Source: Guillardia theta CCMP2712 (taxonomy: Eukaryota; Protista; Cryptophyta). Taken from it: a stretch of DNA of 64,000 nt. The stretch spans positions 149,839-213,838 of the forward strand of contig NW_005434658.1 of NCBI RefSeq assembly GCF_000315625.1, in the 5' to 3' direction. Under the pieces are notes generated by a model that saw nothing but the letters and a program-made list of their open reading frames with translations, was not told the origin of the DNA and made no database searches. The translations under genes were made by a program, and so were the position numbers. This document shows positions 28,110 to 41,310 of the stretch, piece after piece (the first letter of the stretch is position 1; every line of letters starts with the position of its first letter).

Positions 28110-28998
28110 GGGTTGTGAGGGCAGGGTGGGAAGCAGAGGAGTTTTGTCCGAGACTCGGGGGCGGGGACCGTGCGCATTCTCGAAAAGAAGTCTTTTGAAG
28201 TAATCGCTTGCCATGTAGCCCGTGATCCCCTGACCAGTTACAGTGATCTTCATGATCACGAGCCCAAGTGATCTTGTAAGGCTGGCATGTCATGTAAAGC
28301 TGGCATGTCAGCGCCATAATGTTTACAACAGGGCAGTCATGTTGCTGATTGTCAGCTAATCATGACTCCGCCGAAGAAGGTACAATCGGTCCGAACATGT
28401 CCTCGTGACCGGTGGATATAGCTTCAAGGATAATGGCTTCAGTGACTCTCCTCTAAACTCAGGCGACACCCCCGGCCCGGGTCCCGGGCCCGTTGGGCCC
28501 AAATCAAAACTGATGCGGGCCTGTCCATGCGGTCGGGACAAAAGTTTTTTAGATGGCGATGCAGAGGAGGGAGGCTGACGAGGGAGGAGAAGGGAGCAGG
28601 AGAGGCAAGACGGTTGAGAAACGATGCGTAAACGCTCTCGAGAACATGAGCAAAACCCTGTAGAGCACTCACGCACTCATAGCTCACGTTGAGAATGGAA
28701 GATTCAGTTGTTTGCGTGTCTTTCTGGCATGCTAACATAGCCACCAAGATCTAGACCGAGACTGCGGCAAATTAGATGGGCGAGGAGCGCATGAGCTAGG
28801 ATCCCTTCTGAAGCCAGTTCGATGAATCCTGTAACATTTCTTGCAGGCTCTCAGCCTGTGCAGTCTATAAGCATCTCTTCATGACTTCAAGAGTTGCCCT
28901 GTTGAATGTGGCGTTACTGTTTGCGCATGCCGGGCTGGCATCCAGTCGCCTCACCAAGATGGAGGAGATTCCTTTCCACAAGAACTTTCTGCTGTCAG

Positions 28999-31651
28999 AA
29001 AAAGTCTCAGAGAGCCAACTCGATAAGATGGGGATCGGAGGACTTATCGGGTGATCCCTTGAGTTGTATTGTTTGCGACTTTTTCATCCTTTCTTGTTCG
29101 CTCTCCCCGTGCCCTGCTTCTCGTCTACCGGAAACAAGAAGCAAGCATCTTTCTATTCTCTTCTGTCTTCTGTTCCCTGTGAATATTACCTGTTACCTCT
29201 TTGCTCTTTATGACCCTCCCTAATGCGTCACAACAAGACAAGTCATACTCCTTGTTACCTAGTTGGAATTTTCCTTCTCATCTGACGAGTCCGCAGACTT
29301 GGAGCTTCACTGGGAGTTCTCCATGTCCTGACTGGCCCTGATCACATGAGCGCAATCGTGACTTTGTCCGTTGGAGGACGTTTTAGAGCGTGAGTCTGGA
29401 CTTAAGCTGTCTTGCATTTACCTTTGCAACCTGCTTTCTGTTTGTATCCCTCCAGTTCGATGAGATAGGACTCCTGTAACTATGTTGAGACACGCTCCTG
29501 TCTGTGTGCTCGGATGGAGGGTGCGGATACAGAACATGATTGCTCGACTGTCAGGGTTTGGATGGGAGCACAATGGGGGTTAGGACACTCAGCTGGACTC
29601 CTCATCATGTACGCTGTCTTTCGAGCCGTCGGGGGATCCATCGACCTTGACAAGACCGGGCACTTTGTAGATACTGTGAGTACTATCATACTGTCATCGT
29701 GTTTGTCTTTCTTGAGCTTGATGATCCTTTTCTTGATCCTTTTCTTATTGTTTGTCGTGTTCTTTGGGTTGTTTTTTTCTTATTCATTGCTTGCTTGTTC
29801 TTTTCTTATTCTCACACCATGGATTAAGTTGGTAGGGTTTGTGATGATAGCGCTCGGACTGTACGGATGTTATCAGGCAAACAAGATGCGAAAGAACATG
29901 CGGCAGCGGAGCGACGGACAGTGAGTTTGATTGGTTGAGATGTTGCATAGTGCCGGTTGATGGGGTTTCAGGAGTTTTTTCAGCTCCTCTGATGAGCTGC
30001 TAGAGAAGGAAGTACGGAGAGACGAAGAGGATGAGGGGTTGGCGTCTTGGCAGAGCGAGAGCCGAGAGGACTCGTGTAAAGTGGAAGTCCGCGAGGATGA
30101 ACGGCAAGGCAATCATCATGTAAGTTGCTGTATTTGTATGATGCACTCCTGATGTGTGAACAGTCTAGAGATCCTGCGAAATCGCCACGTGACGTGGAGA
30201 TGAGTTCAGAGGTTGTAACTGGATCGTCTGTTGAGATGAAGCCAGAGATTGTAATGGACCACCTTGTACTCATCTTCGACAGAGAATTTGTAATGCTTGC
30301 TGCAACACAGACCAGGGAGCAGGCAAAGCACGACGTTGAAAGGATTGACAATGAAGACACTAAGAGATGTTCTGATGAGACCAGCCTTGAATCCACAAGA
30401 CAGAGATCCTTTGGAGAATTCCTACTACACACTTGGCGTCTCCATTCTCGTCGGTACTCTCCTCTTGTGCCGCCTCCACAGCCTCCTGCTCACCCGTCTC
30501 AGCATCGTTGCTCTTTTTGTTGGCATCTTACACGGACTTGCGGGTATGCGCCTTTTGTATTCATTTGTCCGTCTTACCTGTCTTCCTCTTTCCCCCTTCT
30601 CTCCTTCTTTCCCGTCCTCCTTTCCTCCCTCCTTTCTTCCCTCCTTCACTTTCTCCTCCATGTTCTCCTTGCCCCCCTCCTCGCCTTTCCCTGCTTCTCC
30701 AGGCCCTGGCGGCATCCTTGGAGTTCTGCCAGCCATCGCTCTCAAGGACAGGTGCTCCCGCTTGCTCCCGCTCGCTCTTGTCCATGGGTCCGGTCTTAAA
30801 GTTGCATTTGGACTTCTTTCCTCCTTAGCTACTCAACCTCCTCCTGCCTTGAGCGCTCTTCCCTTCCCTTCCCTGCTCCTGCATGCTCCTTGCTCTCCCT
30901 CACTCTCTCGCAGTCTGCGCTCTGGCTGCTACCTCGGATCTTTCTGCGTGTGCAGCATCTTAAGTCTGGTTGCTTGCCCTGCCTCCATCTCCTCACCCTC
31001 CAGCAGTCATGGGAGTGTTTGCGGCTTTCTGGGGAGAAATCACAGCCCGAGCGAGCTCCACTGAGAAGTGAGGAGAGAGGAGGCTGCTGGGGGAGAGCAG
31101 AAGGGGAAAGAAGACAGGAATGGCGAGATGGGGAGGGGAAGAGTGGGGAGGACAAGAGAGCTCAATCGTAGCAGGAGGATGGGAGGTGCTGAGGAGGGAG
31201 GAGAAAACGAGGGCGAGACGTTTCTATGGGATGGGATGATATGAAGGCACCTGCGCCTGACTGCTTGTCTCCTTCCCAGCGCCAAGTTTGCCATGGTCTT
31301 ATTCTCTTCTGCGCTTGCTTTATGCGTTGGAATCATGTGGCTGGTGAGATGACTCTACCACAAAAACTCCTCCTCCTCCTCCTCCTCCTCTTCCACTCCT
31401 CCTCCTCCTCCCTCCCCTCTTGCTCTTGCTCCTCCTCCTCCTCCTCTTCCTTGTCCCCGGCCTTTGATCACCTCTCGCTTCTGCACATGAATTGCTTCAC
31501 ACCCGAAAGCAGCTACTCTGCAGCTCCTTGAGAGCTTCCAGACTCCATGTTGACCCTCTACCTCAATCTGCTCGATCGCCTCTCTGTTGAAACTCTTGAT
31601 GTTCTTCAGATTCTGCTCTTCACTGGCACGATGGACCAAGTGTTTCCGTGA
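28999..31651 (+). CDS. UreH-like / nickel-cobalt transporter-type membrane protein; start further upstream
   Basis: GVLHVLTGPDHMSAI, WGLGHSAG, VGILHGLAGPGGILGVLPA, last exon ILLFTGTMDQVFP*. These His-containing TM motifs are typical of the NiCoT/UreH group. Confidence 0.8.
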
Positions 31652-31856
31652 GGCGTTTGTTTCCGCTTGGGTCTTTGTGTTTCACGTTTTCCTTGTGCTT
31701 GACTGAATCAGTCGCAAACATTCTCATGATTCTTTTCTTCATTCAATCCAAACATGTTATTCTTACAAGGCTGCACAAATCGTTATACGATCTTTCACAA
31801 AGTAAAGTGGCATGAGTGCAAATAGATCTGGTGGCAGACTTTCAAATGTGATTGCT

Positions 31857-34800
31857 TCATAGATTGACACGGAAGACATGATAATGTCTGTAGCAATGTG
31901 TGATTTGAATTTCAAAAAAGAGAATGATAGTTCATACCTCAACAGGTCTTGTGCAACAAACAAGGCGTACAACACAAGCATGATGTATCCCATTCCCTTT
32001 CATTCCTTGTCATCATCTTGGCAGCACAAGGTCATCATCAACTCACCTTTGTCATCTTCCAGTCGCACCACAAGATGGTAACAACCACCAAAAACACCAT
32101 AGCAAAGAGAATCAGAAGAGACAGAAACAGAGTCCCGTCTGATGAGAGTGGTATCCTGCATACAGCTGTCAGAATCGAGAATGATCAATTCTAACTTGTT
32201 TCTGATGTGGTCCGTTTGTGAATATCATCACCATCACCACAACTGTCATCATCAACATCGTCACACTTCAAACAAACAATCAATCATCATAATCAACAGC
32301 AACAGCATCAGCAAGTTGCATCATCACCATCGCAACATGGAGCATTACCCTTGTCCGAATGCGATGCAACCAAGAAGCCAAGGGAAGGGCAGGCCCATGG
32401 CGACATCGAAGATGTTACTACCTGCACTCCTGTCACTCCCAGCACCTTCCCCAACTGGTCACCTATGGAGCTCGAGACTGCCATGTCGCCATGCCCTTGC
32501 TTCGCTACGATCACACTGCAGCCGATGCTCTCAGTGTCTGTCCGTCAGCCTACAAGTTTCAACTTTCAACCTTGTTATCAAGTCCGGTACGCTCGTTCCC
32601 GCCGCTAGAAACGTCAAACCCATCACGGCCTGTCAGTCAATTTCATCAGTTGACAGGCTGGGAAGTGAGTTGAAGGACCTGAGGGATTCCAATGAAGTCC
32701 CCGATGACAACAGCCCACCAAACCTGAGAGAGAAGAGGCAGGAGTTAGAGGGAGCAAGGTTGTTCGACAAAAGAAGAAAAAGAACAAAAGAGAGGAGAAG
32801 AGAGGAGAGGAGAGGAGAGGAGAGGAGAGGAGAGGAGAGGAGAGGAGAGGAGAGGAGAGGGGAGGGGAGGGGAGGGGAGGGGAGGGGAGGGGAGGAGAGG
32901 GGAGGCGAGGAGAGGCGAGGAGAGGGCTCACCATGAAATAGGCATAGATAGCTATCCACACTATTGACATAAGGAACGTAAAGTAGAAATACTTTTCCCA
33001 CCTGTAACACATCAGAAGAGACAAGTCAAGCGGGTGTATGAACCCATTCTTCCATCGAACGTCAGGAATGGTGAAGTAGAGAAAAACGTTGCTGTCAAGT
33101 TAGAGTTACTTGATGGTGCACGGGTTGCAACAAGAGAACTGACATCGGAAACAGAACCAGATAAATAACACGACCATAGAGGTCTGGAGGAAACTGCAGG
33201 GAAGCTCCTTCCGACTCTTCTTCCTGACAAGTTGCAAGTAAGAGCTCGTCGACGTCGCTGTCATCGTCATCATACCTCTTCACCCTCTTTGTCGCTGCCT
33301 TGCGTTCCACGCGGTCTGCAGAAGAGATTTTATAAGCGAATGAAACTGGAGAAGGAAGCTCTGCAAGCACCGGAGCTCGTTGTGCTTCTTGTACCACTGA
33401 AAGAAGTCGTCGAAGCTGATCTTTCCACCCTTTGCCAAGTCGGACGTAAAAGGAGAGATATCTGAGCAACATGTCAACTGATGACGAGGTGTTGTTCTAT
33501 TAGACTGCATACACACGCAAAGAAGTTTTCGAGTTGTCTTACTTGCTAACTTCTTTGTTGCGTTTGCATCAGACGACACGAATGAAAGAAACTTGTTATA
33601 GCTGTTCTCATCGTCAACACATGTTTATGAAGGGAGATCTGTTCAGACCCGTCTTGGTCAAGCTCGCCATCGTCTGCAATGTTGAGCTTTTTGAACAAAG
33701 AGTGCAGCTCAGCCTGCAGATAGTTGAGATAAGTATCCGTCATTGATGCGAACATTACAAAACAAATCTCACCTTGATCTTGACTTCTCCTGCGTTGTAC
33801 CTGTATGCAAACATCCGTCAAACTGCAACTCCAAGCTGTCTGCCAGCACCAGTCTTGGAAGTCTTGAAACGTTATCAAGCCTTCAGAATCTTCTCGCGCA
33901 TTCTTCTCAGGCTTCATCATACAGGTGTAATGAACTCACTTGTCTTGTTGGCCTCTGCTGACTGAATGTCTGAAATCGCAGTATTCACCTGCAACACGTT
34001 TGAATCATAGTTGCAGTTTGGACTTCCATCACCTCCTCGCTCGAAGGCTCCTTTTGCAACAGCCTTGTCATCATGGCCTTAAGGTCACTTTCACCGATGA
34101 ACCCATCTTTGTCGAAATCGAACTGAGCTCATCGTCATGGTCATTGCACAAACTCTCCATCCTCCTACATCATCAAAAGTCTCCCTCACACCTCCTGCAA
34201 CTCCCGAGACCGCCCGTATTTGCAACCTTCAAGATGGTATCAGCTCGAATACAGACAGGAGAAATGTTCGCACTCTTCAACGGGATGCTTGTTGCTGGTG
34301 AGGAACTTGACGAGTCCCATGTGGAAGATAACGGTCGCGTCCTCTTCCTCAGGCTGCTCGTCGCTAGTTCCAGCTTCTAGATCTGTTGTCGCAAACGTCG
34401 GTACTGCTACCAACAACCCAACGCTCAATGTAACCTTGTGACTCTGGGCTGATCTATACAGAGCAAGTCAGCACCTGATTGCCCAAATAACGTTCTACCT
34501 TGCGGAGTTTCTTCACCCAGTTTTGCAGAGGCGTGTTGTACTTGAATCCGATGAGTCAGAGGCTTCAAGTTGCATCTCAATCGGTTCACCAAACCTTCAT
34601 GACGAGGACATATCCTGCATACAGCAGGAGCATTATAAGAGCCTGTATTGACTCAGTCAGAAAACTCAGATGGTAAGCCGGGTCAATGACCTCCCACCAA
34701 TGGATTCGCTTGTCATCGGAACCATACTGTCATTCACCATCAAACTCGCGCTGAAACAACAGGCAATGGATGACCTGATAGAAGAGAGCTAGAACCAGCA

Positions 34801-35714
34801 GCGTGAGGCAGTAGTAGGACGAGTCTCTGATCAGAGGCCAGGAGGTAAGCTGCAGAGCAGTCTGCAACGCGTTCATGTCATCCTGCTGTCGGTCTAGGAG
34901 CAGGAGACTTGCCTTGGAAACCAGAGCGCATGCTGCAATAACGAAGAGGACGTTGAAGACAGCAGAGCCTACGATGGTACTGCAGGAGACGCTCACCAAG
35001 CTCAAGAGCATGCTTCACCAGCTCCCCACCTGAATCCAACCTCTGTCTTGGTGATGAACACTCCTATCAACGAGGTGAAGAACTCAGGCGCGGACCCGCC
35101 AGCAGCCATCAAAGTCGCTCCTGTTCGCCCCTGTCAGCCGCTGCAACAGGTTCAGGTCTTGAGCGCTCACCTGCAACATCGTTGGAGATCTGATACTTTT
35201 CTGTGATGACTTCAAGCGCCGGCACAAAGTAATCATCGCAAACGATCGCCAGAGCAACGAACATGTACAGCACGCCTATGATGTACAACACCACCCCTCC
35301 CCCGAACCCGTTCAGCCCCATCTTCGGGTAAGACGCCATGTCAGAGCAATGCGCTTTGAATGAACACAGGTCCCCCATACTCCCGCAGGACACGGCATCC
35401 TTGTGCCAGTATTGCAAGCATTCCAGGTATGGGGACCCTGTCAGGCTATCGCTTCCGATGCAGACAGCTCTCCATGCTGCAAGATCCGCGAACATTGGGA
35501 CTGCGGAGCAGTTGTTTATGTTTCTTCTCGAAGAACGAGAGACAACATTACTCTCTGTGGGGTTGTGTATTGGAAACAGGATATGTCCGGCAAACGCCCC
35601 AAGAATGCACACCAAAACGGCAAAGCAGAAGAACTGTTTGATCACTTTGCTTCCTTCCTTCCGGGCCTTTGAGCAGATGCTACGGTACTCTGACCTTCGG
35701 CAAGCTCGCAGCAT
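31857..35714 (-). CDS. K+-dependent Na+/Ca2+ exchanger (NCKX/SLC24-like) with EF-hand-like loop
   Basis: [16 protein letters not shown], alpha-1 [27 protein letters not shown], alpha-2 [14 protein letters not shown] and [10 protein letters not shown]|SNIFD. 3' end inferred. Confidence 0.95.
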
Positions 35715-37099
35715 GGCACACACTCAATCAGCTTACTTGAACTCTCAAAGATTATTCGCGCTAGTTCTCCATATTGTTCCTCCTGTACCTCCTTGTCTGA
35801 CAAGCCTCCCCCATTTCCTTCCCCTGATCGGGCCTCATCAGTACCCACCCCCCTCCTTGGACCCTACCCTCTGAGGAAATATCCAATCGAACTTACAACC
35901 CCACTACCCTACCCCACTATTTCCAATGTTCCCCCACCCTTCTCTTCTCCTCCAAACTTCCCCAGTTCGGCCCTGTAAAAAGGAAATTCAAGGTCTGGTA
36001 CCCACCCTTTCCACCAGTGAAACTACCCTACCCTCAATAGATTGTGCCTCCAGTAGAAACCACCCCTCCATAGTAAAATGTTTCCCCCCATACCATTGAC
36101 CACTGGTGGACATGAGCTCAACATCCTTACCGTCAGACCGTCGGGGCAAGACCCTCCCCCTTTGCACTTAGTCCTCTTCTTAATAAATCCACTACCTTGA
36201 GCATTTTAGTGAAGTTGACACCATGACCTTCACCTTCTTTTGGAAACTTTCGGTTGAGATAGCGCATCAACCTCGAACCGCCGCCGCGCAGCGACCGACC
36301 GTCGGCGGGCGCCGCCGCAAGGTCCGCCAGGCGCAACTCAGTGCCTCCGGGGCCCGGTGACCGTGCCGGGCCGGTGATTCAATGTCACAGGCTGATCGGA
36401 CCGGCACTAACTCCGCCCGGTCAACGGAAGTTATGATCAACGTCACCGTCTGCTGGCAGCGGCACTCCGGGCGGCCGCTCGGCCCTGCCAGCCCCCCGCA
36501 GCCGGTCAGTCGCGGCCGGGCCTGGCAGCCGTACCGTACCGACGGTTTAACGGTCAAGTTCGTGTGCCTGGCAGTCACGGGGGCCCTGACCGGGCCGGGG
36601 CCGTCCGACTCCTCGCCGCGCCCGGCCGCCGCCGGTAGCCTCAGGCCGCGCCACTGGGCCGCCTGACTCGGTCCGTCGGACACTGGTCACAGTAGTAAGT
36701 CGCCGGGAGCCTGGACTCCACTGAGAGGACTCCGTCACACGGTGGCCTGCCAGTACTAGTTGTTGTGACTAGTAACTTAGTGACTTGCGGCAGCCGGCCG
36801 GGCGGCGCTGAGCGCTGCTGAGCGCCTCACCGTGACAGAGTCACTGAGAGTCACCGGGCCGCCCGGCCGGGCCCAGGCCGGCCCCGGCGGCGCAGTCCGA
36901 CGGCGCGGCGGGCGCCGGCCGCGCAACCCGGATGCCCTCACATGATAAAGTATCACTTTCCTGGTCCGGGTTGCGTGGTCATGAGGGGTCACTACACTAT
37001 TAAGGCCCAGCGACTCGGTTTTCAATTGTGAAAGCTAGTGTGACTGGTGAGTACCGCTGCCGATGACACTGAGTCTGAAAGCTACTAGTATGATCCGAA

Positions 37100-38048
37100 G
37101 TGAGTTGGCCGTTGGGTTTCTGGGGGCATCGTTGTACTCTTCTACAAGAAGTTTCAAGTACAGAAGGTCTGCAACAATGTCCTTGGTCCGATCCCCTAAC
37201 TTATCTGCCTCGAATGACTCCTGCCAACCTGAAATCGGCTGTCAGAGTAGGGCAAGTTGCAACAAATGTTATACTTGTTGAAGACGTTCGACGAAGTCTG
37301 CTGTGCAACCTCAGGCTCTGCTGCTAGAAGTTTCATCAGCATCGTGAAGCGACAAGCTCACGGCTACTCTACCAGCAGCTTCTCCGTACCAGTGCTGCCT
37401 AGTGAACTCACTGTTTCAGCAAAAGCTCGTTCAGCATCGAGCAACGTTAGCATCGCGCAATAGCTACTTCGCATGTCTTGTTTGAAGGTACATCTGAGCT
37501 GCTGCCTCGACATCTGCATCTCTCGCAGACAACACCTATCTTGAATCAGAACGCCAGTGAGCTAAAACCTAAAGATGCCTGGTCTTTTCCTCCGTAATTA
37601 TGAAGGATGATATAATACGTGTCTTGGAGGGGAGGAAAACTGTTTGGAGCCATGAGAGAACTAATGGAAGGAACACATTCATACATTTCTCCCATGACTA
37701 TTCTCACTGGCGGATATTTGTGCATCGCATATGACCTGTATGTGAGTGCAAATCAATCGGAGGGTCGGGCATGAGTCGACACGTACCCGCCTCCCAGCAC
37801 CACCACATCGCCCACGAGACCAGCTACGAAGGTCCACTTCATACGCGTGAACCATACGCCTAGATCTCGTTCTCAGGGACAGGAGGACGCGGGCAGTGAT
37901 CACAATGTCACCTGCTGTTGAACCGAGATATTTTGAGACGAATGCTGACATTTTCACTGCATAGGGGGCGTCAGAGCTCGAACCTGTCCCTAGATCTCTC
38001 ATGACATATTTTGAATACAGATGTCTCGCACTGCGACTGCCGTCCATC
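37100..38048 (-). CDS. Hypothetical multi-exon protein
   Basis: Chain of short open exons with GT/AG flanks (MDGSRSARHLYSKYVMRDLG..., ...DIVADLLYLKLLVEEYND); no domain recognised. Confidence 0.3.
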
Positions 38049-38122
38049 TCTTCTCTGCCCTCCTCCCTGAACTTTCTTCGCTCCACCTCCCTCGGCCCTG
38101 CCCTCGGCCCCCCATCGCGAAA

Positions 38123-38173
38123 GGATCCGCCAGTATCCGGTAGGAAGTATCCGCAGGTATCCGTGAGTATCCG
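38123..38173. promoter_or_regulatory. Array of five G[TG]ATCCG motifs upstream of ADPRM
   Basis: Copies at 38123, 38133, 38147, 38157 and 38167; regulatory role is inferred only. Confidence 0.4.
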
Positions 38174-38278
38174 TCACTGCAAACTCTCATCGTTCAAATT
38201 TGAACTCTTCAAGTTTCAAAGTTTCGAAGTTTCTTGTTTAAGACAGCGCGCATGCTGGACAAGGAGGAGAAACCGATC

Positions 38279-39673
38279 ATGGCGTTCGGTGTGATCGCGG
38301 ACATCCAGTATGTGAGTGAAGCATGCGATGAGGGAGACAAAACCGTGCGGGAGTGATGCTGGCGGCTGAGACTGCAGCGAAGTAGGAGAGGACATTTGCA
38401 GGATGAGATGGTGTAGCAGACGAAGGAGGGAGCAAATGAGTTCGTGTTGTGTTTGTGAAACCCCGGCAATGTAGGGATGCCTGCATGCGTAGACAGGTGG
38501 GTTCGCAGAAGACTAGTTGAAAGAGAGCTGATGCTGCTCACCAAATTCCTGATCCTGTCGTTCCTCTTCAGGCCGATGCTGAGGACGGCACAAACTTCGA
38601 CAAATCTGCTGTCAGACGTTATCGAAACAGCCTCAGGGTATTAGATGGAGCCGTGGCGGACTGGAACGCCGAGAAGCATTCTCTTGATGTCATAGTTCAG
38701 CTAGGTGACATCATTGACGGTATGAACTGGAAGTTGCAGAGCTCCACCAAGGCTCTCGATGACGTCATGCAGCATTTCTCAAAGCTGCAGTGCGATAAGG
38801 TCATTCACGTGATAGGGAATCACGAGCTGTACAACTTCGACCGAGGGACTCTGAGAGATCGCCTACTGAAGCCATGGAGACAGAGCCATGACTACTTCTC
38901 GGTCTCACCCGTCCCAGGGATCAAGTTGGTGGTGATTGATTCATATGATGTGTCCACCATAGGAGCAACTTCAGAGGAGTATCACTCTCTCGCACTTGAG
39001 ATACTCAAGGCAAATAATCCTAATGACACCAGCAAGAACGGGGACTGGAAGCATGGCCTAGAGGGAGTGGAAAAGCGATTTGTCCCGTACAACGGGGGTG
39101 TAGGAAACGAGCTCAAGTTGAAATGGTTGGAGCAAGAGCTGGCAGAGGCTGAGGAGGCTGGCCAAGTTGTGATCATTCTCTCGCACATCTCAGTCCATCC
39201 TGAATCGTGCTCTCAATCTTGCCTGGTCTGGAACTATCAAGATCTCCTGCAGATGTTTCAGTCCTCAAGCTGTGTTGTTGCTGTGTTCTCAGGTCATGAT
39301 CACAAGGGAGGGTACGCCGTTGACGAGGTGAGAGAGTGTGTAAGAAAGCCGCATCTTCAGATCTCATTCTCACATGTTATCCTCACATGTCATCGTCACA
39401 TCTCATCCTCACGCTTCTACTGCAGTATGGAATCCACCATGTCACAGTACAGTCTCCTTTAGAGTGTCTCCCGGAGTCAAGCGCTTATGGTACATCTTGT
39501 GCAAACTCTTCGTTGCTGTTGACACGATGGTGACAGGAACAGTTCACGTGTATCAGGACCGACTGCGCCTTCAAGGTCGTGGGGACGTGCCTTCTCGGGT
39601 ACACCATGTTGCAAAAGAGCGAACAAGCGCCTCACTTGAGCATTTAACAGGAAATGTGGTTTCGGTCGAGTAA
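38279..39673 (+). CDS. ADPRM: Mn-dependent ADP-ribose/CDP-alcohol diphosphatase (metallophosphoesterase)
   Basis: FGVIADIQY|ADAEDG, QLGDIIDG, GNHELYNF, YNGGVG, LSH..VHP, FSGHDHKGGY, GIHHVT...PLE. Confidence 0.93.
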
Positions 39674-40296
39674 GACTCACCAGCACGGGAAGGATGCGAA
39701 ACATTGAGAGTCGTGTAAAACTAAACCAGGTTGTGGATCCAGCGGGCGAGTTGGCGCAAACATATAAGGAAGATGCGAAATGAGATGTATTTTGTAGTAT
39801 TTTGTAGTATTTCATGTTTGGTTTTTGCGATTGAAGACCTCAGTACAAGAAAACACGCAAACCAGAGCTCTTCCGTTGACAGATTGACACAAAGTTGGAA
39901 TGAACCTGTCACTTTATCATGGTTGAGGGTCACAGACGTCTACAGCGGAATCAACTTGATCAATCAATGGCTCAGTGTGAAGATATGTAGCACAGGCAAG
40001 CACATTCATCAGCGATCTGCTGGTTGCTCCCTCTAACACAAGTAGGGTTCAGGGTTTAGGAGACTGTTCGATTGTTCTAATGCTGCCACACAATGAATGG
40101 CTTGGCCCCGCCTTCGATAGCTGTGAGCAAACATTGATTGGTATCACATGGGAGTAAAGAAAGATGTTATAACGTACGCAGAGACATCACGGTAGAAGAG
40201 CTATTGATTGCATGGATATGTTTATTTAAGGAAATATATTACAATGTTGTACAAGACCTCCATTGCCCCTGACTAGCCCAGACGCCTCCCTTGCCG

Positions 40297-40554
40297 TCAT
40301 CGATCCTCGCACTCAGACTCGCCCGCGAAACGTCTTGATCCAGCGCTCGACCTGTTGGAGGCCTTGGCTCGTGCTGCGACGAGAGCTCTCATCACCATCT
40401 CTCCGGCTGCTGCTCTGCCGCCCTCAGGGCGGGGGGTCACTTGCGGGGCAGGATCGAGACGGCGGGAGCTTCGGGCAGGGATCGAGGAAGGAGGGGAGGA
40501 CCAAGAAGGCTGGGAGGCGACTCTGATGGAACGAGGAGGAGGAGGAAGGTGCAT
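40297..40554 (-). CDS. Small protein, family copy C1 (85 aa)
   Basis: MHLPPPPRSIRVASQPSWSS...AGEMVMRALVAARAKAS; shares both family motifs. Confidence 0.65.
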   Translation of the reverse strand: MHLPPPPRSIRVASQPSWSSPPSSIPARSSRRLDPAPQVTPRPEGGRAAAGEMVMRALVAARAKASNRSSAGSRRFAGESECEDR

Positions 40555-40998
40555 GTTCGTGTTACAACATTCAGGTGGGTGGATTGATATAATGGGGAAA
40601 GGGTTCCCCTTTACTACACGGTCGGAGTACCGGGAGTTAAAACTTCGGCGGTCAGCAGCTGCTGGGCACAGCCACGGCTGTACCGAGCACCCCTTTTATG
40701 TCAGTGAAACCACCCGGTGCCGCTCGTTATTGACTCAGTGACAAGAGGCAAAATGCACGGACACCAGCAGTCACGTTTTCACTGCACGCCTCAATATCTG
40801 AAAGATTCGTATCCGAACTTACTCCCCCAGTCACCTGCAGGAACTCCGGAACGTTGTGGTTAACTCAGACCGATGACATGCACGGACTCTGCCGGTCACG
40901 GAATAAGTTAAGTGCTGTGGTAAACACCGCCTGACCTCGACGCTTTACCCAGTCCACTGCTCTCACTGCAACAATATCACGCAAGCTCTGAGCTCAGG

Positions 40999-41310
40999 AT
41001 GCCACACACCCTGTATTCCCCTGCTCCTGCTCCTGCTCCTGACCATGGCCCTCATCATCCTCCTCCTCCTCCTCGTTCCATCAGAGTCGCCTCCCAGCCT
41101 TCTTGGTCCTCCCCTCCTTCCTCGATCCCTGCCCGAAGCTCCCGCCGTCTCGATCCTGCCCCGCAAGTGACCCCCCGCCCTGAGGGCGGCAGAGCAGCAG
41201 CTGGAGAGATGGTGATGAGAGCTCTCGTCGCAGCACGAGCCAAGGCCTCCAACAGGTCGAGCGCTGGATCAAGACGTTTCGCGGGCGAGTCTGAGTGCGA
41301 GGATCGATGA
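40999..41310 (+). CDS. Small protein, family copy C2 (103 aa)
   Basis: Inverted, divergently oriented duplicate of C1. The single core mismatch is synonymous in this frame (GCC/GCT Ala). Confidence 0.65.
   Translation: MPHTLYSPAPAPAPDHGPHHPPPPPRSIRVASQPSWSSPPSSIPARSSRRLDPAPQVTPRPEGGRAAAGEMVMRALVAARAKASNRSSAGSRRFAGESECEDR

Larger units (their letters stand above)
26534..28137. repeat. Inverted repeat: ~317 bp arms (26534-26850 / 27821-28137) plus ~80 bp inner arms (~26916-26995 / 27657-27736)
   Basis: Reverse-complement identity read directly. Confidence 0.95.

Noticed and set aside
26534-28137. Inverted repeats as transposon TIRs or MITE (also 40265-41342)
   Set aside because: The arms coincide with ORFs, there is no transposase or TSD, and the same family also occurs as a direct repeat.
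40355-41252. Alternative frames of the duplicated units (e.g. MEALARAATRAL.., MVMQELHRVSP.., MPAFSPASF..)
   Set aside because: Only the chosen frames share motifs across all three loci.
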